Of a stretch of 64,000 nucleotides of DNA, positions 59,901 to 64,000 are shown one piece after another. The translations under genes and the position numbers were made by a program. The notes below the pieces were generated by a model, which was given only the letters and a program-made list of their open reading frames with translations, made no database searches and was not told the DNA's origin. The stretch spans positions 248,001-312,000 of IMG/VR virus record IMGVR_UViG_3300030385_002649; one strand, written 5' to 3'. The first letter of the stretch is position 1, and the number at the start of each line of letters is the position of its first letter.

Positions 59901-60331
59901 CCTAAAATTTCGAATTCTTGCTTAGTGATGTCATCATAAATCCCGACGCCAGACGCGGTTGAGACTAGAGAATTGAGCCTAAGCTGATCTCTTAGTTCCC
60001 GCCCAGTGTCCTCTCCGCCTTCTTCTGCATTTGGGAAGATACCTGGTTTGCAGGTGATGTTGCCTTCTTCGTCTTCGATTTTTTCGCCATACATTAGACC
60101 TTCGAACGTATCGTATTGTACGGAACTTGAACTACTGATGACCCCTGCTTCGATTAGAGTTTCTTTAATAGAATCGAACTCGTTATTGGGAATAACAACT
60201 TCGCACTCAATTCTGTAGCCTTTACGACTATCTAGACCTCTAGTACCAACCACTACAGCGTAACCGTTTTTGGCGGCTACTTGTTTTGGATCATCTTCAA
60301 AAAGCAATTGACGAATCTCAGAGTCGAGCAT
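56924..60331 (-). CDS. large hypothetical protein with a very acidic tail, putative internal virion protein
   Basis: 1135 aa; LFE near the N-terminus; two CPxCLA motifs. Confidence 0.6.
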   Translation of the reverse strand: MLDSEIRQLLFEDDPKQVAAKNGYAVVVGTRGLDSRKGYRIECEVVIPNNEFDSIKETLIEAGVISSSSSVQYDTFEGLMYGEKIEDEEGNITCKPGIFPNAEEGGEDTGRELRDQLRLNSLVSTASGVGIYDDITKQEFEILGNEWRKSGYSSEAGFWPPHKGKVWQRHGPNSDEIDECPWCLARHKKIGGTGDPNSPGGFAAKKTVRSRVNSGEIGWVCGDPVRPPFIDRPVGKSAKRNRMSFGRQGQGAEGTPEWLQYQYNEVVYIVLNQYKADIAEAVIERLGLDDTPNTALGGYSIKELILGPKSAESVYDNLTFKIPRNAYTKVFTGAPPHRQHRDLELPGKVNFGKFYVYYVEAVLNMDTAMDYIPGEFDERGDKIGLEKPVKFGKDDQEKHPWSSEDKPLFPPASAIFKQVTNVVSQAVRGGLLDKDPSETGLTYKSSAGHIYSVIKIPTGIKGLNFLIDPFMPTKQSEVDRRPGYHGDKELPVGMIGKHLHGLHKSEVYGHLGQMGKILYDDLDFYFKDKFDLTLAPWDPVKPYPIDHDGNIYFIPDDDLLLVNIAGYDEITSAGYDKYEKLMYRIPGKVIATPKPGQPGTYKIMVNAGSCPKCLANHKSASEDLELLKDKKGTRQYKFKLAELKEIALLHSKRHEEEFHSNNVMGLESATPMDDEFIAHIKKNSKLSQDLNTYQIFSQAWIALNIQRIVDRGDLVAHPFEEGKVISPGELLQALSIKLKGQEIKKNISKSGAKLGHDLMLLSPDIAIMGQEYPSLDGDLSKLKKAGTVKEPVKVKVLSGEKSSEDNLVQYFDMSLDDARYMIKTYPGLFRVLNDKLEPERSSDQYNEDDEVIVKIFSDINDDKSHLDRDGYEIIMSTKRAKEIINSGRGYIVRQVGGNIDAIQEVKKDLLTYFRNYDLALLGDIDIEDGKADIGDLSWKDKVAIPINNASVVLSPDDSVAAAQYDEWLTKRRYIDTDLYMMVVPHSVVKKQLGLKPSADMSKVREVASLNYDIGKTTFRDPEDILDLKKALDELSLDDDFDDLDAEEVDSSEVDPYTGEQTVEPSIDYEDEKSQADEFDGDDVVEVDPIDLEDFDFEDDEEEPDAEDLEDLDVDEEDDDDHSYDDEEYAIDLDDF

Positions 60332-60343
60332 ACCTTATATTTA

Positions 60344-63300
60344 TCATCGGTAGAGGTATTCGTTAGTATTGTCTCCAATAATATCGATGATACGTTGTTC
60401 GGTTTGCTCCCGAGACTTGATTTCCTCCAAGAACTCAAGATATTCTTCTTTATCAGAGCGCTTTTTGGTGTCCCAAATGGTTTCCAGTTCTCCAGGATAA
60501 ACCTTGATGATTGCTTCCTTAACTAAGTTGTTTGGGTCAAGCTCAACGAGACACATTCCGTCGTCGCATTTTTCGATCATATAACCAAGCAAGCCGTTAA
60601 ACGATGCTTCCTCGTTGATGAACCCCTTGATAGCAACACGACAGAAATCGCCTTCGATACGCCTCATTGGCCTATTATAGCCATCGTTGAGCGTTTCAGG
60701 TCTCGCACCAGTCCACCGTGTTCTCCACTTTGGATCAGCCTTACGCATCGCCGCGCTAAGTTCACGGGCATCTCTGACGTCTTTTCTAGTGAGGGACGTC
60801 ATGGTCACAATGCTATAATCTTGGTCTAGCCTTCCAGTTGGGTCTTGGTCCAATTTAGACATTCTAGTTCCGTGTGCCCACATAATCAAGTTGCTGATGG
60901 ACCTCATCACCTTGGCGATTCCAATACTAAAGAAGTGTTTTCCTGTCTTAGGGTCAATCGCATCAGTCGAGATTAGAGGAGACTTGATCAGCGCCATCAA
61001 GTCCTCTGAAATGCCAGAATAAAACTGTCTAATTGGCTTAGAGAGTAATTTTTTGTACTTCGGACTAAGCGAAGTTTCGGTATTGATGTAATCGTATACT
61101 TTAGCGATTGGACCGTCGGCTTTCCAGTACTTTCTGAAGTACGGGACGATGAATTTGTGAATCAGAGCGTTCTTGATTCTGTTCTTCTCGGCAGCTGGTT
61201 TTCCAATAGATTCTTTCAAATGACGCTCTGAAAGATTATAGATTTCTTCCAAATCATCAAAGATTCCGGCTACGATACCCTCAGGTAGAGGTCTGAAGTG
61301 GAAGGCCCAGCAACGGTCACAAACAGGGTTCTGAGCGTTTACGACTCTTGGTCCGGTTTTGCTACCACCCGCCGTTTCGGCATCATTTACTAGTTGGTCA
61401 CGTTCTTCTGGGTTGACTTCCCCGCTTCGATCCATAGCAGCAATTTTGTCTCGTGCGTCGCCCTCTTGAGGCGAGACCATTTTCCAATCAGTCTTGCCCT
61501 CATCTGTAGAGATTTCTGCAACTCTTCTCGGCAGCTTAGCGTTGTTAGCTGGCAACTTGCTCTGACAATTTTGAGTCATGCCGCCAATCTTAACAGAATA
61601 CGAACACTTGAGGTTCCTCTTAGAAGAGTCGGCCGCTTTAGCTCCAGACACCACTTCAACCATACTGTTAGGGTCGATTACCCATTGGACATCTGGCCCC
61701 TTTTTGGTGTGCATGACCGTGTCGTGATAATAACCATCCCACATTTGGCGGGCCATGTATAAGGCTTTTGTAAATGGAACGTTCTTTAGGCGGTCGATAG
61801 TCCAGCCTTGTTTAGCGATCGCTCTATAAATGCGCAAGGCTTTTTTGACGGCTTTTTTCTTCTGTTCTTCGCTAGCACCGTCCTTGTTGACCGCCATGAA
61901 AGCTTTAGCTATACCCTTTAATGTGAAACCACCTTTTTCTTTTTCGTCTTGCATATAAGGCATGAGGTACTCGGCGACTCTTGCACCACCTGGGCCTTTA
62001 AGACCAATGTCGGCAGCGACTTCTTCAGGGTTTCTCTCCCAGTCGAAATCTTGGATAGCCCATGGGAATTCTTCTATAACGAGGTTCGGCCCGTCCCACT
62101 TTAGGTCTAGTAGAGCTAGCCCCATTTGGCGACGAGAAGATCCAAACACTTCTTGGAATGACTCGGAGGCAGGAGGAAGTTTAAGCTTTAATGCTTCGGC
62201 TGGCATTCGAGACTTGCTCTTGTCGTCAAGTTCTTCTTTATAAACGATCCAAGGTTGGAAATCGTTATCCCCAAAGACGCGGGAGTCAGCTGAGATATCG
62301 TTTCTTAGGCTAGTAACGATTTCCAGAGCACTGGCAATACCTTGTTTGCTGTACTCTTCTGGGTTTCCTCTGAAGTTTTTGAACGCTTTCTTTTCAACGT
62401 TAGCACCGTTGCTATCGATTGGCAAGTAATCACCATTAGCGATTTCTTCTGCTGAATAGATCTCAGCCGAGCCCTCATCAGTCTTCTTGAGAGGCAGTTT
62501 CAGGTTCTTGACTTGTAACTCTTTAGAGTTAAGACTTCGCTTCATCTGGCCTTTGGCTATGACATCAAGCAATTTTAGATGTCTAGTGGCCCTCTTGGCG
62601 TATTCTCTATAAGGCATTCCAACAACGTGACCCACTGCTGGATGGTTGTGACTGTCTAGCTTAGCTTCTTCTGAGGTTGAGTAAACACCATAGACGAGCG
62701 GTTCGTCATACTTGACTTTTTCGCCGGTTTCCTCGTCTACTTGTCCGACTGGGAAGACATCTACCAGGTCAATCTCTGGGTTAGACAACCAACCTTTTTG
62801 AGACAATTCTGATCTTGTGATTGCGTCAACAGTTGTTGTTTCGTCACCCGCAAGGATGTTAACGTTTACAAGTTCATTAGGGTTGTAACCCATAGATACT
62901 AGATAAGAATCATGATCGAAGTCCGGGCTAGCAAAGTCATAATTGTTGATATCGAATTCTTTGTCTCGCGTTTCAACTTTAGTATCTCTAGGAGATGGGC
63001 GGTTTAGAGTTCCAAACTTTTTGCTTACCATCTTCTGAGCCGTGAAAAACCTCTTTTTACCCTTCGCTGTTGTGATGGTAGCGCTTAACGTCTTGAGGTC
63101 AGCGGGGCCTCCCGTGAACTTCTTCTCAAGCGGGAGGACTACTCCGATTGGGTCGCCCTTATCGTCGAACGTCGGACGCCCATCATCTAGGACATAAACC
63201 ATAGTTGGCATTTGAGAAGCCGAAACGACGAGGTCCTTTGGATCCTCGGATTCCCTAACCTTTTTGTATTCCTCGAACGTTAATTGTTCTTTTCGAAGTT

Positions 63301-63829
63301 CAGCTGACGAAGCTCCGTCTGAACTACCTGGCAGCCCCCAGCCTTCTACTTCGTCAGTGATTACTGGCTCATAATTAGCATAACCATTATCCATCTGAGG
63401 CATGAAATAGTAGACAGTATAGAGTTGGTCGTGAGACTTGGCGACGTCATCTGATCGACCCTGAAGCTTGGCTCCTACATTTTCGTATTCGTCGTATGAT
63501 TCTGGCCAAAACTTGCTAAAAATGGCATAAAGAGGGCCGTTAACTCCGAAATTTCTATTCTGATGGTCGTTAGCTGTTCCGATCCACTTAGAAATAAGAT
63601 TATTTTCAATCGCTTTAGTAATGTTGCCGTAGACGCCTATAATTCTTTGTGAGATATCTACGAGTATTCTTTCCATGCTGTCAACCTGAGCAGAGGTCTG
63701 AGCGATTTGTTGTGGAGTAGCTAGTGGTTGCGCGCTTTGATAATCTGCGCCGCCAAGTTGACTTTCTTTCTTTTTTTGGGTAGTTCTTGCTGATACTTCC
63801 ATCTCGTTAAGATCATTGAGAAGTGACAC
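60344..63829 (-). CDS. large hypothetical protein, putative internal virion protein; 5' end uncertain
   Basis: 1161 aa; GTG start without a clear RBS. Confidence 0.6.
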   Translation of the reverse strand: MSLLNDLNEMEVSARTTQKKKESQLGGADYQSAQPLATPQQIAQTSAQVDSMERILVDISQRIIGVYGNITKAIENNLISKWIGTANDHQNRNFGVNGPLYAIFSKFWPESYDEYENVGAKLQGRSDDVAKSHDQLYTVYYFMPQMDNGYANYEPVITDEVEGWGLPGSSDGASSAELRKEQLTFEEYKKVRESEDPKDLVVSASQMPTMVYVLDDGRPTFDDKGDPIGVVLPLEKKFTGGPADLKTLSATITTAKGKKRFFTAQKMVSKKFGTLNRPSPRDTKVETRDKEFDINNYDFASPDFDHDSYLVSMGYNPNELVNVNILAGDETTTVDAITRSELSQKGWLSNPEIDLVDVFPVGQVDEETGEKVKYDEPLVYGVYSTSEEAKLDSHNHPAVGHVVGMPYREYAKRATRHLKLLDVIAKGQMKRSLNSKELQVKNLKLPLKKTDEGSAEIYSAEEIANGDYLPIDSNGANVEKKAFKNFRGNPEEYSKQGIASALEIVTSLRNDISADSRVFGDNDFQPWIVYKEELDDKSKSRMPAEALKLKLPPASESFQEVFGSSRRQMGLALLDLKWDGPNLVIEEFPWAIQDFDWERNPEEVAADIGLKGPGGARVAEYLMPYMQDEKEKGGFTLKGIAKAFMAVNKDGASEEQKKKAVKKALRIYRAIAKQGWTIDRLKNVPFTKALYMARQMWDGYYHDTVMHTKKGPDVQWVIDPNSMVEVVSGAKAADSSKRNLKCSYSVKIGGMTQNCQSKLPANNAKLPRRVAEISTDEGKTDWKMVSPQEGDARDKIAAMDRSGEVNPEERDQLVNDAETAGGSKTGPRVVNAQNPVCDRCWAFHFRPLPEGIVAGIFDDLEEIYNLSERHLKESIGKPAAEKNRIKNALIHKFIVPYFRKYWKADGPIAKVYDYINTETSLSPKYKKLLSKPIRQFYSGISEDLMALIKSPLISTDAIDPKTGKHFFSIGIAKVMRSISNLIMWAHGTRMSKLDQDPTGRLDQDYSIVTMTSLTRKDVRDARELSAAMRKADPKWRTRWTGARPETLNDGYNRPMRRIEGDFCRVAIKGFINEEASFNGLLGYMIEKCDDGMCLVELDPNNLVKEAIIKVYPGELETIWDTKKRSDKEEYLEFLEEIKSREQTEQRIIDIIGDNTNEYLYR

Positions 63830-64000
63830 GTACTTTTCAATTTGTTTGTCAAACTGAGGAGAATAAGGGATTCTGAAAGGCTGAGCCGGACTATAATTGA
63901 TGCTGACGCCGACGCTGCGAGAGTAATTCTCTAAGTCCTTTATCTGCTTCCATACTCCGGTTTCTTCTAGAATTTGTTTTATTTTTCTAACTTCGTCCGC
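63719..64000 (-). CDS. partial ORF entering from the right edge
   Basis: translated by hand (ADEVRKIKQILEETGVWKQIKDLENY...). Confidence 0.4.

Overview
This 64-kb window reads as part of a large lytic dsDNA phage (jumbo-type) genome in the standard genetic code, with no tRNA, rRNA or CRISPR array recognised. The + strand mostly carries replication, recombination and metabolic genes: a DnaE split into two genes, RecA, a DnaB/gp41-like helicase, a short PolA-family polymerase, UvsY-like and gp32-like proteins, a 5'-3' exonuclease, a resolvase, HNH, NucS, adenosine deaminase and glycosyltransferases. The - strand carries long virion-type genes, a GDP-mannose dehydratase, an HslV-like peptidase and, at the left edge, a CBS-less IMP dehydrogenase that the ORF track missed. 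Main discoveries: (1) a 396-aa intein in DnaE whose LAGLIDADG homing endonuclease is encoded in the +1 frame with its own RBS and ATG while the intein frame stays open, giving about 820 nt of dual coding; (2) DnaE split by partial duplication, with a degenerate RNase H gene between the halves; (3) two hairpin-dense candidate structured RNAs at about 1747-2060 and 2385-2780 flanking a small basic ORF, the first closed by a tRNA-His-like acceptor stem ending in CCA; (4) an AT-rich gene fusing a Vsr/DUF559-type nuclease to a Mom-like DNA-modification enzyme; (5) two recurrent promoter-like motifs, GTAT(T/C)T and CAAAnATAA; (6) a dispersed putative virion-glycosylation toolkit. All family calls come from motif recognition by eye and no database search was run.
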